64,000 nt of DNA from NCBI GenBank assembly GCA_965240465.1, contig OZ251219.1, positions 160,001-224,000 on the forward strand, written 5' to 3'. The first letter of the stretch is position 1, and every line of letters starts with the position of its first letter. The DNA comes from a bacterium (lineage in GTDB: Bacteria > SAR324 > JACQKK01). Under the pieces are notes generated by a model that saw only the letters and a program-made list of their open reading frames with translations, did not search any database and was not told where the DNA came from. This document shows, one piece after another, positions 30,824 through 40,943 of the stretch. The position numbers and the translations under genes are program-made.

Positions 30824-31477
30824 TTAAGGGCTACAAGTCCAAAGCATCACTACATAATTTGAAGAAAACAATCTTGGCAACGGGGGGAAAATAGTGTTGT
30901 TAATACGTGCTAAACAAACCAGCTTATCAAAGTTTTCATTGTCGCTGGGCTGTATAAGAGAAATTTCCTGCTTCTGACCATCTTTTCCGACTCGCACCTT
31001 CACTACCGCTCGCAAATGAGGAGAAAACTCAGCTGGAAAATCATAATTCTCTTGCACCCGATCGCTAACTTCCTCCACATACGACCGCCAAGCTAGCAAG
31101 GCTGCCCGATCACGGAAGCGCACATTACCCTCAATCCTGAAATCAGTTCCTGAAGATAACACCGGTGCGTTCTTTTTTTTCACCTTAACTACTTCAGGTG
31201 ATAAAACACTGGGTAGCGGTGGAGTACCAGCATCAGCTGGATACAAAGCCTCTTTTGGTTTATTAGGCCCGGTAGATGATAATCTTTTGCCACGTTTGGC
31301 AGGCAACGACACCAATTTAACCGTATAAGCATTTGGCAACTCAATCTGCGGCGACCGAGGCGAAAAAACCAACACCAGCAAAAACAAACCATGCAAAAAC
31401 ACAGAAGCAACTCCTGCCAGCACGATGATACGTTTGTTCATGCCAGATTCCATCAATCCCCCTTTCATCAGCATCAA
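30824..31477 (-). CDS. tolA: Short TolA/TonB-like energy transducer
   Basis: TM anchor with SxxxH (ASVFLHGL), Pro/Lys-rich linker, TonB-C-like end (SDNENFD...FPPLP); lies between tolR and tolB. Confidence 0.75.
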   Translation of the reverse strand: MMLMKGGLMESGMNKRIIVLAGVASVFLHGLFLLVLVFSPRSPQIELPNAYTVKLVSLPAKRGKRLSSTGPNKPKEALYPADAGTPPLPSVLSPEVVKVKKKNAPVLSSGTDFRIEGNVRFRDRAALLAWRSYVEEVSDRVQENYDFPAEFSPHLRAVVKVRVGKDGQKQEISLIQPSDNENFDKLVCLARINNTIFPPLPRLFSSNYVVMLWTCSP

Positions 31478-31911
31478 GGTTGCTCAATCACTAACCCCAT
31501 CTGCTCAACCCGCAAGCGACGTAACTCAGCCATAACCTGAGTCACAGATCCATAAGACAACCTTTCGTCGGCACGCAACAATGCTATACCAGTCGGATTC
31601 CGCAATTTCCAACGACGAACCCGGGAACGGAATTTCTCTCTCGCACGCCCATTTTCTAATTTTCCTAAGGTCTCTGAACCCACTGCCACTACCCCAGCCC
31701 TATTCACACTCACTACTAATCTTGCCGACTTGGTATTCTCCGCTGGGATATTTGCTTTTGGCAACTGTACCTGCAGTGAATACGCTGCCAACGGTGCTGT
31801 AATCATGAAAATCACCAACAGCACCAACAACACATCCACCAATGGAACAATATTTATTTCCGATATTTCATCATCCATAGCATCATTTTTCTGTACCTCG
31901 TCAAATAACAT
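31474..31911 (-). CDS. tolR: TolR/ExbD family protein
   Basis: SEINIVPLVDVLLVLLVIFMITAP, LRADERLSYGSV. Confidence 0.92.
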   Translation of the reverse strand: MLFDEVQKNDAMDDEISEINIVPLVDVLLVLLVIFMITAPLAAYSLQVQLPKANIPAENTKSARLVVSVNRAGVVAVGSETLGKLENGRAREKFRSRVRRWKLRNPTGIALLRADERLSYGSVTQVMAELRRLRVEQMGLVIEQP

Positions 31912-31914
31912 TAG

Positions 31915-32592
31915 CTACACCCCTCTTTCCAATTGATTGAGTACCTGCAACATAAAATAACGCCCCTCTTCCAGATGCCCCCGCAGTATCCCCTGAAATA
32001 TATTGTACGCTACCAAAGCTGGCACTGCCACAAACAACCCCGCAGCCGTAGCCACTAATGCCTCAGAAATCCCCGGTGCCACCACCGACAAACTTACCAA
32101 ACCCGAAAGCCCAATAGAAGTAAATGCTCGTATTACCCCTAACACCGTCCCCAATAAACCCACATAAGGCGATGTACTAGCACTCAAAGACAGAAATATC
32201 ATTCCACGCCGTAACCGCCGTAGCTGCATTCCAGCAGCCCCTTCCATCGCCCGTACCACACATTCCCTTATCCGTTCAGGCTCATCTTTCAAGCGATGGT
32301 ACGCCTTGCCGAATTCCTGCCAGCCAGCTACATACATCCCCGCTAGTAACGACCCAGACTTGAGGGCTTCGTTCATCAGTTGCTGACGATAATCATTCGC
32401 CTCCTCAGGAGTCATATGACTTAGCATTTGAAATCGTTTTGCAAATTTTTTGTTTTGAATCCTGATCCAGGAAAAAACCACCACCTTAGCAAAAACCAAC
32501 GCCCAGCTACAAACACTGACAACCCCCAACAATAACAATATTAACAGCCCAGCCGTGTTCTCAGACAAGCCATCTGTCAGAATTCTCCACAT
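31915..32592 (-). CDS. tolQ: TolQ/ExbB/MotA family proton channel
   Basis: SPYVGLLGTVLGVI, VVAPGISEALVATAAGLFVAVPA. Confidence 0.92.
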   Translation of the reverse strand: MWRILTDGLSENTAGLLILLLLGVVSVCSWALVFAKVVVFSWIRIQNKKFAKRFQMLSHMTPEEANDYRQQLMNEALKSGSLLAGMYVAGWQEFGKAYHRLKDEPERIRECVVRAMEGAAGMQLRRLRRGMIFLSLSASTSPYVGLLGTVLGVIRAFTSIGLSGLVSLSVVAPGISEALVATAAGLFVAVPALVAYNIFQGILRGHLEEGRYFMLQVLNQLERGV

Positions 32593-32634
32593 CAGTAACC
32601 ACCTCCTTCCCCCTTTTCATTATTCCCCCTGTGG

Positions 32635-33174
32635 TTACTCTTCGGTAAATTCCACTCGCCGATTTTTCCGAAAAGCACTCTCACTGGAGCCAGTACTTAT
32701 CGGACGCTCTTCTCCAAAGCTAACGGTACGAACCCTTTTCGCTGCCACCCCTGCCGCTAACAAAGCCCGCTTTACCGCATTAGCACGACGATGACCTAAG
32801 GCTAAATTATAAGCATTAGTACCGCGCTCATCTGCATGCCCTTCTAGAACCAATTTGACAGAAGCATTAGCACCCAATCTCTTTACTGCAAAATTAACAA
32901 CATCATTCGTACCAGGTCGTAACCTTGCACTATCAAAACCGAACAATACCACCCGATATTCATCTTGAAGTTCATATCTACCCTTCCCTTCTTTAGTAGA
33001 TTTCCCAGGTTCAGCGGCACCTTTTACGCTACAACCTCCAAACAGTAATCCCACTACCATAAATACAAATAGCGACCATCTCACAGATTTATTACCCATC
33101 ATAACCAAAATCGGACCTATACGTGCTCCTGTTTTTGAAAATCGCTCTGTTATAACACCCATTATTTTCTCCAT
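32635..33174 (-). CDS. pal: Peptidoglycan-associated lipoprotein (OmpA-C domain)
   Basis: Lipobox LFGGC, FGFDS, EGHADERGTNAYNLALGHRRA, VSFGEERP, NRRVEF. The true start may be ATG 33102 or 33099. Confidence 0.92.
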   Translation of the reverse strand: MEKIMGVITERFSKTGARIGPILVMMGNKSVRWSLFVFMVVGLLFGGCSVKGAAEPGKSTKEGKGRYELQDEYRVVLFGFDSARLRPGTNDVVNFAVKRLGANASVKLVLEGHADERGTNAYNLALGHRRANAVKRALLAAGVAAKRVRTVSFGEERPISTGSSESAFRKNRRVEFTEE

Positions 33175-33370
33175 ATCATCGTGCTAAAAATATTTGGTTT
33201 GCATTTTACGCCAGCCTCCAGAGGTCATTGTTTCATGTTATTTAAAGATAAGCAATTAAATATCAAGAAAAATTTACTATTGTTTTCAGTACACTGTCCC
33301 TTATTTTGTTAGCCTTCTGCTAAATTGTACCTAGTTAGTACCTCGTCCCTTATTACATGCAAAAACAGCT

Positions 33371-34222
33371 ATGCAAACAATTCCTTGGAGCGTTTATTTG
33401 GATGGATCTCTACCCGGTCCCCTTAACATGGCCAGAGATGAATACCTCCTTCAATGTGCTCTCAAACATCAGCGAGCCTTCCTACGTTTGTATAGCTGGG
33501 ACATAACCACCCTCTCTCTGGGACGTTCTCAAAACCCGACCCGTGACATAAACCTTAAAGCTTGTTCGGAAAATAACATCCCCCTTGTCAGACGCATAAC
33601 CGGCGGACGCACTGTCATACACGGACAAGACCTTACCTACACTATCGCGGCTCCAAGAAATATATTTTCACAATCTGACCAAACCGGTCTCATGGATATC
33701 TACCGGCATATCAGCCAAATATTCTTTCATTTTTTTAGGTCTGTGGGCATCAATATCCAAATTCAGCCCTATACCCCTAAGCAACGTGCCAGATTGTCCA
33801 GCTCCATCTGCTTTGCCACTCCATCGGCCTTTGAATTATTATACCAAGGCAAGAAATTACTCGGCAGTGCCCAAAGAATGCTCCCTCACACCTTCCTACA
33901 ACATGGCTCTCTTCCTCTTTACCCCCAACACGAGCTCATCAAGCTCCTTTTTCTATCTCCCGAAAGAAAACTGATCCACAATAAAATGACCGACCTTTCT
34001 TCCATCAGTTCATCAAATCTTGCCAAAAGTACCTCCCAGCTACAAAAATTGCTCCTGAAAAGCTTTGAGAAAGTTTTAGGCATCCGTTTTTCGTTATCTC
34101 AGTGGCAAACCCATGACCACCAAGCCATCCAACAATTGCTACCCAATTATCCCCTTCTAAACTCTACAAACCTCCTGCCAGTCAACTCCGTGGGAACATC
34201 GCATACCACGCACTCCCCCTAA
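33371..34222 (+). CDS. Lipoate-protein ligase / octanoyltransferase family (LplA/LipM-like)
   Basis: NMARDE, LRLYSW, SLGRSQ, VRRITGGRTVIH, CF, GKKLLGSAQR, LQHGS. Confidence 0.9.
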   Translation: MQTIPWSVYLDGSLPGPLNMARDEYLLQCALKHQRAFLRLYSWDITTLSLGRSQNPTRDINLKACSENNIPLVRRITGGRTVIHGQDLTYTIAAPRNIFSQSDQTGLMDIYRHISQIFFHFFRSVGINIQIQPYTPKQRARLSSSICFATPSAFELLYQGKKLLGSAQRMLPHTFLQHGSLPLYPQHELIKLLFLSPERKLIHNKMTDLSSISSSNLAKSTSQLQKLLLKSFEKVLGIRFSLSQWQTHDHQAIQQLLPNYPLLNSTNLLPVNSVGTSHTTHSP

Positions 34223-34246
34223 TACTAAAGATTTAAGTACTCCCTC

Positions 34247-35422
34247 CTAATATCTTGGCAGTGAGGGGTCTATCTCCTTAGCCCAGCTGTCTATTCCCCC
34301 TTCTACACTGACAGCATTGAGGAAACCTTGTTCCTGCATTATACGCACCGCAGTTTCTGAGCGAATGCCATGATGACAATATACAAAAATCTTTTCCTCC
34401 TTAGGCAATAAATCCAAACCATTCGGCAAATCACCAACCGGAGCCAACCGTGCCCCCTTGATGCGTACCATGTCCCATTCATGAGGCTCTCTCACATCCA
34501 CCAGAATGACATTTCCCTTGCCCATGGATTGCTGAAGTTCTCTCACTGTTGCAGTTGGAACAGGAGTTTCCTCTGTTTTTTTCTCAGCAGTGTCCGCCTG
34601 ACTGGCATTCACAAATGATTCATAATCCATAAAACCTCTCAGACTGGGGTTATCTCCGCAAAGCACACACTTCTTGTTTTTTGCCATTTGCAGGGTTCGG
34701 ATGCTCATATCTAAGGCATCATACAGAATCAACCTATTTTTCATGACCTTGCCAATACCCACGATAAACTTTATCGCCTCGGTGGACATCAGCAAACCCA
34801 CCACGCCTGGGAGCACGCCTAAGACACCTGCTGTGTTTCAATTCGGTGCCAGGCTAGGCGGCGGCGGGACCGCGTACAAACAACGATAACAAGCCCCTCC
34901 CTCACGCGGAATAAACAAACTAACTTGTCCTTCAAATCTAAAAATAGATCCTGATATCAATGGCAAACCCGCGAACCACGCCGCATCGTTCACTAAATAT
35001 CTAGTTTCAAAATTGTCCGAACAATCCAGCACTAAATCCCAATCAGCAAAGATAGACTCCACATTCTCCACCGTTAAACGCTCCCGATACTCCTTCACCT
35101 CTACATAAGGATTCAGAGCCTTGATGCGACGCACCATTGATTCTGACTTTGGCCGGCCAACACTGGCGGTGTCATGGGCAATCTGCCGATTGAGGTTGCT
35201 TTCTTCTACCAAGTCGTTATCCACCACTCCTATAGTACCCACTCCTGAAGCTGCCAAATAAATCCCCACTGGCGAGCCTAATCCACCTGCCCCAATGTAC
35301 AACACCCGTGCCTGCTTCAAACGCAACTGCCCCGCTACTCCCACCTCCGGCAAAATTAAATGACGATTGTATCGCCGGCTCTCATCAGGCGACAACATTT
35401 CATCTGGTGTTCTATCCGACAT
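34247..35422 (-). CDS. moeB: MoeB/ThiF-family adenylyltransferase with C-terminal rhodanese (MoeZ-type); in-frame TGA at 34838-34840, probable selenocysteine (U195 of 391 aa)
   Basis: ORFs 34838..35428 and 34247..34816 share one frame: CYRCLYAVPPPPSLAPN-TGA-NTAGVLGVLPG. Also GAGGLG, SNLNRQ, DCSDNFETRY, CVLC, and rhodanese DVREPHE...YCHHGIRS. ATG 35422 follows GGAGAG. Confidence 0.88.
34786..34836 (-). promoter_or_regulatory. Candidate bacterial SECIS hairpin 3' of the in-frame UGA
   Basis: Manual pairing: ACA-CAGCAGG (+2..+11) with UUUGCUG-A-UGU (+42..+52), plus an upper stem CCCA/UGGG closing a G-initiated loop GGCGUGG at +31. Alternative folds are possible; not computed. Confidence 0.4.
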
Positions 35423-35638
35423 CCACACTCTCCAAAGACCTAATTCATCCCATCTATCCCTGCAAAAACCCCCCCTCCACAGTACTCATTCCCTTGTTTT
35501 AATACAAGCACTAAAATTATTTCCACCCCCAGGTAAAGTCATTGATTTTCTATATCTTTAGGTGAATAATTCACTATATGCATGTATGCATGTGCTGTCA
35601 ATACCGTCCATTCAGCAATAAATTCCCAGAAATTAACC

Positions 35639-35667
35639 TTGACGAAGACACTAATAAGCGTTATGCT
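35639..35667 (+). promoter_or_regulatory. Sigma70-type promoter of the hrcA-grpE-dnaK-dnaJ operon
   Basis: TTGACG (35639-35644), 17-nt spacer, TATGCT (35662-35667), immediately followed by CIRCE. Confidence 0.8.
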
Positions 35668-35670
35668 ACT

Positions 35671-35697
35671 CTAGCAGTCTCAATGAGATAGTGCTAA
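35671..35697 (+). promoter_or_regulatory. CIRCE operator (HrcA binding site)
   Basis: CTAGCAGTC-N9-TAGTGCTAA versus consensus TTAGCACTC-N9-GAGTGCTAA (3 mismatches); overlaps the predicted transcription start upstream of hrcA. Confidence 0.9.
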
Positions 35698-35717
35698 CAA
35701 CCACGGATGTCAGAAAC

Positions 35718-35759
35718 CATGAATACTGGGGCATGAATACTGGAGCATGAATACTGGAG
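35718..35759 (+). repeat. Tandem direct repeat, 3 x 14 bp (CATGAATACTGGRG), in the hrcA leader
   Basis: Copies at 35718, 35732 and 35746; partial GAATACT at 35768. Confidence 0.95.
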
Positions 35760-35818
35760 ATAGCAGAGAATACTAGCCGTAGCAACACCGATTGAGCAAG
35801 TTATGTAGGTTACAAGAT

Positions 35819-36859
35819 ATGAAGAAAGAGTCAATAGAAGAAATGGATGAGCGTACTCGCACGGTGCTGTTTGCCATTGTCCGTTATACAATTTCCACAG
35901 GGGAAGCGGTGGGATCGCGTGCTTTGAATCGTGAGCTAGATTTAGGATTATCTGCAGCCACTATTCGGGGGGTAATGGCAGAATTGACGGAACAAGGATA
36001 TTTACTGCAATCGCATATATCGGCGGGGCGTACTCCTTCAGAGCATGCGTATCGCATGTACGTGAAGCATTTAGATATTTCCAATCCTTCATCGGATGTT
36101 TGTCGGTTGATTGAAAGCACCATTGGCAATGGAGAATTAGGCCTGAATGAAATACTTAAGGAAGTGACTCAGATATTGTCTAGCCTAACCAATACGGTAG
36201 GGATGGTAACCACTCCCAAGGGATTCACTCGGTTGCGCAAATTAGAATTTGTTCTCGTGGATGAAAAGCGTATTTATGTGGTGTTAATCGCAGATTGCAA
36301 TATGGTGTATCAGGGTTTGGTGAGGGTATCTCAGCCTATGAACGAAGAAGAACTCCGCCGTCTTAGTGCACACTTAAATAGGCAATTTGCTAGTCAAGAA
36401 ATGGAAGAAGCCTCTGAGCAGGTGTGGAAGATTCTCACTGAAGAACAAGACGAATACCCAGAGCTATTTGCCCAAGTAGCCCGCATAAGTAAGAGAGCCC
36501 TTAATTTGCCTCGCCAACGAGAAATATTTGTGGACGGTCGACAAAACCTGATGCGAGGTTTTGATAATGTCAAACTGTTGCAAGAGCTGATTATGCTACT
36601 GGAAAGCAAATCTTTCTTGATTAAACAACTGGAGACCATGCTAACAGAAGAACAACCCAGGAAAGTACGAGTGACTATCGGTTCAGAAAATCCTCCCCAC
36701 TTATCTCAGTGTGCGATGGTAGCTGCGGCTTATGGTGATGGAGAGGAAAAACTCGGTGAACTAGGGGTACTCGGACCTGCTAATATGGATTATCAAAAAA
36801 TAATCCCAGTGATTGATTACACCGCCAATTACCTCTCTAATGCAGTAAGTACCTGGTAA
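35819..36859 (+). CDS. hrcA: Heat-inducible transcription repressor HrcA
   Basis: YTISTGEAVGSRAL, LSAATIRGVMAEL...GYLLQSHISAGRTPS..AYRMYV, VTIGSEN, LGVLGPANMDY. Start is ATG 35819 or 35843. Confidence 0.95.
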   Translation: MKKESIEEMDERTRTVLFAIVRYTISTGEAVGSRALNRELDLGLSAATIRGVMAELTEQGYLLQSHISAGRTPSEHAYRMYVKHLDISNPSSDVCRLIESTIGNGELGLNEILKEVTQILSSLTNTVGMVTTPKGFTRLRKLEFVLVDEKRIYVVLIADCNMVYQGLVRVSQPMNEEELRRLSAHLNRQFASQEMEEASEQVWKILTEEQDEYPELFAQVARISKRALNLPRQREIFVDGRQNLMRGFDNVKLLQELIMLLESKSFLIKQLETMLTEEQPRKVRVTIGSENPPHLSQCAMVAAAYGDGEEKLGELGVLGPANMDYQKIIPVIDYTANYLSNAVSTW

Positions 36860-36905
36860 TCGCCAAAAAGTATCTCTTTAATTTTTTAGTAATAAAACTT
36901 ATAAC

Positions 36906-37634
36906 ATGAGTAAGTCAAAGCAGCCTGATTCTGTAAGTCATTCTCTACCTGAGGAGGTTGATTCTCCGTCTGATCAGTCATCCACTAATCGTCAAACACC
37001 CAAAGAGGATGCCTCTACGGACATAAATGATACCAACAACTCCCCCCGCAACAACTCCCCGCTATCTGAGACACCACCTGTCCAACCAGACCCAAAAACT
37101 GCCGAATTAACCTCCCAACAATGGCAGGAAAAGTACCAAGCCGCCCAGCAAGAAGCCTCACAAGCACAAGACCAAGCACTGCGATCTCAAGCTGAATTAG
37201 AAAACTTCAAAAAACGTATTCTTCGTGAGCAAGAAGAAGCTTTGCGTTACGCTAATGCAGCCATCCTCAAAGACTTTCTGGGAGCCCTGGACAACCTAGA
37301 GCGAGCAATAGCGGCTACCCACACAAATAATTCCTCTGGCGGAAAAGCCCTGCAAGAAGGAGTTTCCATGGTGGCAAACCAGATACAAGAAATTTTCTCT
37401 CGCCACGGCATGGAGCCCATCCATGCTCAGCCCGAGGCTCCTTTTGACCCAGACTCCCAAGAAGCAATCTCTACCGCCACCAGCAATATCATTAAGGCTG
37501 GACACATAATAGATGTGTTTCAAGTGGGCTGGAGATATCATCAGCGAGTACTTAGACCCGCTAGAGTGAGTGTTGCCAAAAGTCCTGACAGCGATAACCT
37601 TGGCAAAGTATCGGCTGGTAAGGAAAAGAAATGA
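36906..37634 (+). CDS. grpE: Nucleotide exchange factor GrpE
   Basis: LRSQAELENFKKR, LDNLERA, FDPDSQEA, RVLRPARVSV; long disordered N-terminus. Confidence 0.96.
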   Translation: MSKSKQPDSVSHSLPEEVDSPSDQSSTNRQTPKEDASTDINDTNNSPRNNSPLSETPPVQPDPKTAELTSQQWQEKYQAAQQEASQAQDQALRSQAELENFKKRILREQEEALRYANAAILKDFLGALDNLERAIAATHTNNSSGGKALQEGVSMVANQIQEIFSRHGMEPIHAQPEAPFDPDSQEAISTATSNIIKAGHIIDVFQVGWRYHQRVLRPARVSVAKSPDSDNLGKVSAGKEKK

Positions 37635-37701
37635 TTTTGCAATCCGAAATTTATTTTAATTTTTATATGACTGTTATTCCCAATTATATGAGGTACAAAA
37701 C

Positions 37702-39615
37702 ATGGCAAAAGTTATAGGCATTGATCTTGGCACTACCAACTCTTGTGTAGCGGTAATAGAGGGGGGAGACCCAAAGGTTATCACCAACGCCGAAGGGGCT
37801 CGCACTACCCCATCTATGGTGGCTTTCACTAATAAAAATGAGCGTTTGATTGGTCAAGTAGCTAAAAGGCAGGCCATCACAAATCCCAGCCGCACCATCT
37901 TTGCCATTAAGCGTTTGCTGGGTAGAGCATTATCCTCGCCCGAAGCCAAAAAGGCATCCGGAAGCTGTCCCTATAGCATCGTCAAGGATGGTAATTCATC
38001 CGTGGCAGTATCTATTGATGATAAAATCTTCTCCACGGCTGAAATTTCATCCTTCGTGTTGCAAAAAATGAAGCAAACTGCCGAAGACTACTTAGGTGAA
38101 AACGTCAAAGAAGCAGTGATAACAGTACCCGCTTACTTCAATGATGCCCAAAGACAAGCCACCAAGGATGCCGGACGCATTGCCGGATTGGACGTATTAC
38201 GCATCATCAACGAACCTACCGCCGCTGCTCTCGCCTATGGTCTAGATAAAAAGAAAGATGAAAAAATCACCGTTTATGACCTGGGAGGAGGCACCTTTGA
38301 TGTCTCCATTTTAGAATTGGGAGACGGTGTGTTTGAGGTAAAATCCACCAATGGCGACACTTTCCTGGGCGGTGAAGATTTTGATGACCGCATAATTGAT
38401 TATCTGGCAGAAGAGTTCAAAAAAGACCAATCAATTGATTTGAAACAAGATAAAATGGCTTTGCAGCGTCTGAAAGAAGCTGCCGAAAAAGCCAAGCATG
38501 AGCTATCCTCTGCTATGGAAACCGAAGTCAATCTGCCCTTCATCACCGCGGATGCCTCTGGTCCTAAGCATATGAACATTCTCCTCACCCGCTCCAAGCT
38601 GGAGCAGCTGGTTGAAGATCTAGTACAGAAAACCTTAGAGCCCTGTAAAAAAGCTTTCAAAGATGCCAAACTCAATCCCAAGGATATTGATGAGGTCATT
38701 CTAGTGGGTGGCATGACCCGCATGCCACGCATCCAAAAGGTAGTCCAAGATTTCTTTGGCAAGACCCCTCACCGCGGAGTTAATCCCGATGAAGTAGTAG
38801 CTATGGGAGCAGCTATCCAAGGGGCTGTACTCAAAGGCGATGTCAAAGATGTTCTGTTACTGGATGTAACTCCTCTCTCTTTGGGCATTGAAACCATGGG
38901 AGGCATAATGACTAAGCTCATTGATCGTAATTCCACTATTCCCACCAAAAAGAGCCAAATTTTCTCAACTGCTACCAATAACCAGCCTGCTGTCAGCGTC
39001 CACGTGTTGCAAGGTGAACGATCAATGTCTGCAGATAATAAAACCATGGGCAGATTTGAACTCACTGGCATACCTCCTGCTCCCAGAGGACAACCCCAAA
39101 TTGAAGTCTCCTTTGATATTGATGCCAACGGTATCGTCCATGTATCCGCTAAGGACTTGGGAACAGGCAAAAGTCAAGATATTCGAATAACTACCTCCAG
39201 CGGACTCTCAGAAGAAGAAATAGAACGCATGCTCAAAGAGTCTAAAGAATATGCCTCTCAAGATGTCAAAAGAAAAGATGAAGCTGAGGCAAAAAATAAT
39301 GCCGAACACATGATTTATGCCGCCGAAAAGTCTCTCGCAGAAGCTGGCGAAAAGGTCTCTGCTGATACCAAGAAGAAAGTACAAAGCTCCATTGACAGCG
39401 TAAAGAAAGCCGTCACTTCAGGAGATATTGACAAAATTCGCACCGCTTCAGAAACCTTGAGCAAAGATTTCCAAGAGCTAGCTATTGCTATTCAGCAACA
39501 AGAACAGAGCAAAAAAGACTCAAAAGAAGAAGATAGCTCAAATGATAAAGCAGCTGAAAAAAACAAAGATGACGTAGTGGAAGCTGACTTCAAAGAGGTA
39601 GATGACCAAAAATAG
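37702..39615 (+). CDS. dnaK: Chaperone DnaK
   Basis: [48 protein letters not shown]; Shine-Dalgarno GAGG. Confidence 0.99.
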   Translation: MAKVIGIDLGTTNSCVAVIEGGDPKVITNAEGARTTPSMVAFTNKNERLIGQVAKRQAITNPSRTIFAIKRLLGRALSSPEAKKASGSCPYSIVKDGNSSVAVSIDDKIFSTAEISSFVLQKMKQTAEDYLGENVKEAVITVPAYFNDAQRQATKDAGRIAGLDVLRIINEPTAAALAYGLDKKKDEKITVYDLGGGTFDVSILELGDGVFEVKSTNGDTFLGGEDFDDRIIDYLAEEFKKDQSIDLKQDKMALQRLKEAAEKAKHELSSAMETEVNLPFITADASGPKHMNILLTRSKLEQLVEDLVQKTLEPCKKAFKDAKLNPKDIDEVILVGGMTRMPRIQKVVQDFFGKTPHRGVNPDEVVAMGAAIQGAVLKGDVKDVLLLDVTPLSLGIETMGGIMTKLIDRNSTIPTKKSQIFSTATNNQPAVSVHVLQGERSMSADNKTMGRFELTGIPPAPRGQPQIEVSFDIDANGIVHVSAKDLGTGKSQDIRITTSSGLSEEEIERMLKESKEYASQDVKRKDEAEAKNNAEHMIYAAEKSLAEAGEKVSADTKKKVQSSIDSVKKAVTSGDIDKIRTASETLSKDFQELAIAIQQQEQSKKDSKEEDSSNDKAAEKNKDDVVEADFKEVDDQK

Positions 39616-39799
39616 TACCTTGTCTTATTCCTCTGGCATCGTTATATCTCTAGTATTTCGTGTTCTAGCATTGTCATGCTTCCATGGTAGAATTTTTGCT
39701 ATACAATTAAAAGCCATGCTAAAAGTATGCATGCTATTTGCACATATTTTACTTTATTAAGTAAAATATTAACTGTTATCCCAGTCCCGAGAGAGAACG

Positions 39800-40906
39800 G
39801 TGTCCAAAGACTACTATAAAATCCTGGGTATAGATCGCACCGCCAGTGATGAAGAAATCAAACGCACTTACCGCAAGTTGGCGATGCGTTTTCACCCTGA
39901 CCGTAACCATGGCGATAAAGAAGCCGAACGTAATTTCAAAGAGGCTTCAGAGGCTTATGCTGTACTAAGTGATTCATCTAAGCGTGCCCAGTATGATCGC
40001 TTTGGGCACGTGGAGGGGATGCCAGATTTTGATTTTGAATCTATATTTTCCGGTGCAGGCGGTTTTGGTGATATATTTGGCGATATTTTCAGTGATTTCT
40101 TTGGCGGAAGTCGTTCTAGTACACGCCGGATCAGGAGGGGAAATGATTTACAATATAACTTAGAGCTAAGTTTCAAAGAGGCTACTTTTGGTGTTAAGCA
40201 TCACATTGAAATACCACGCAAAGATGAATGTCCCCGTTGTGAAGGATTGGGGGCACAATCGGCAGCAGATATTCAAGTTTGCCCTATTTGCCAGGGTTCC
40301 GGGCAACAACGCATGCAGCAAGGATTTTTTGCTGTGGCTACCACCTGTTCTCAGTGCGGAGGAAAGGGCAAAATCATTGCTATTCCTTGCAAACAATGCA
40401 AGGGCTATGGAGTAACCAAGCAGAATCGTCGCATTCAAATTTCCATTCCCCCTGGCATACATGACGGCACCCGACTCAGACTAAAAGGCGAGGGGGAAGC
40501 CGGAGAGCAAAAAGGTCCTCACGGAGATCTTTATCTCAGGGTTCGTGTTCTCAGTCACCCCATTTTTGAGCGCGGCGATGAGAACGATATCGTCTGCCAC
40601 ATGCCTCTTGACTTTATTTCAGCAACCCTAGGAGGAGTGATAATTGTTCCCACCCTGGACAGCAAGGTTAGCCTTAAAATCCCCCCGGGTACAGAAAGCG
40701 GCAAAACCTTCCGCATTAGAGGGCATGGCATTTCTAGCGACCACTCCAAAGGTGATCTTTATGTCCGATTTACCATTGTCGTTCCATCGCGAATGAGCAA
40801 AAAACAAAAACAAATCTTAGAAGAATTTCAATCCTTGCAAGAAAAAGATAGCTCTGCTCACTACCCAGCCCAAAAAGACTTTGAGCAAAAACTAGCCAAA
40901 ATCTAG
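39800..40906 (+). CDS. dnaJ: Chaperone DnaJ
   Basis: J domain with HPD, G/F region with DIF repeats, four CxxCxGxG motifs; GTG start. Confidence 0.98.
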   Translation: MSKDYYKILGIDRTASDEEIKRTYRKLAMRFHPDRNHGDKEAERNFKEASEAYAVLSDSSKRAQYDRFGHVEGMPDFDFESIFSGAGGFGDIFGDIFSDFFGGSRSSTRRIRRGNDLQYNLELSFKEATFGVKHHIEIPRKDECPRCEGLGAQSAADIQVCPICQGSGQQRMQQGFFAVATTCSQCGGKGKIIAIPCKQCKGYGVTKQNRRIQISIPPGIHDGTRLRLKGEGEAGEQKGPHGDLYLRVRVLSHPIFERGDENDIVCHMPLDFISATLGGVIIVPTLDSKVSLKIPPGTESGKTFRIRGHGISSDHSKGDLYVRFTIVVPSRMSKKQKQILEEFQSLQEKDSSAHYPAQKDFEQKLAKI

Positions 40907-40943
40907 CTTCCGCTTAATCCATGATAAATATTTTCTTACAACA

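Noticed and set aside
34247-35428. moeB as two genes or a frameshifted pseudogene
   Set aside because: Both parts are in one frame, the only interruption is a TGA at the conserved Cys column, and all other motifs are intact.
35718-35776. CRISPR array
   Set aside because: The units are 14 bp and head-to-tail, with no spacers and no cas genes. The same applies to the repeats at 24891 and 63124.
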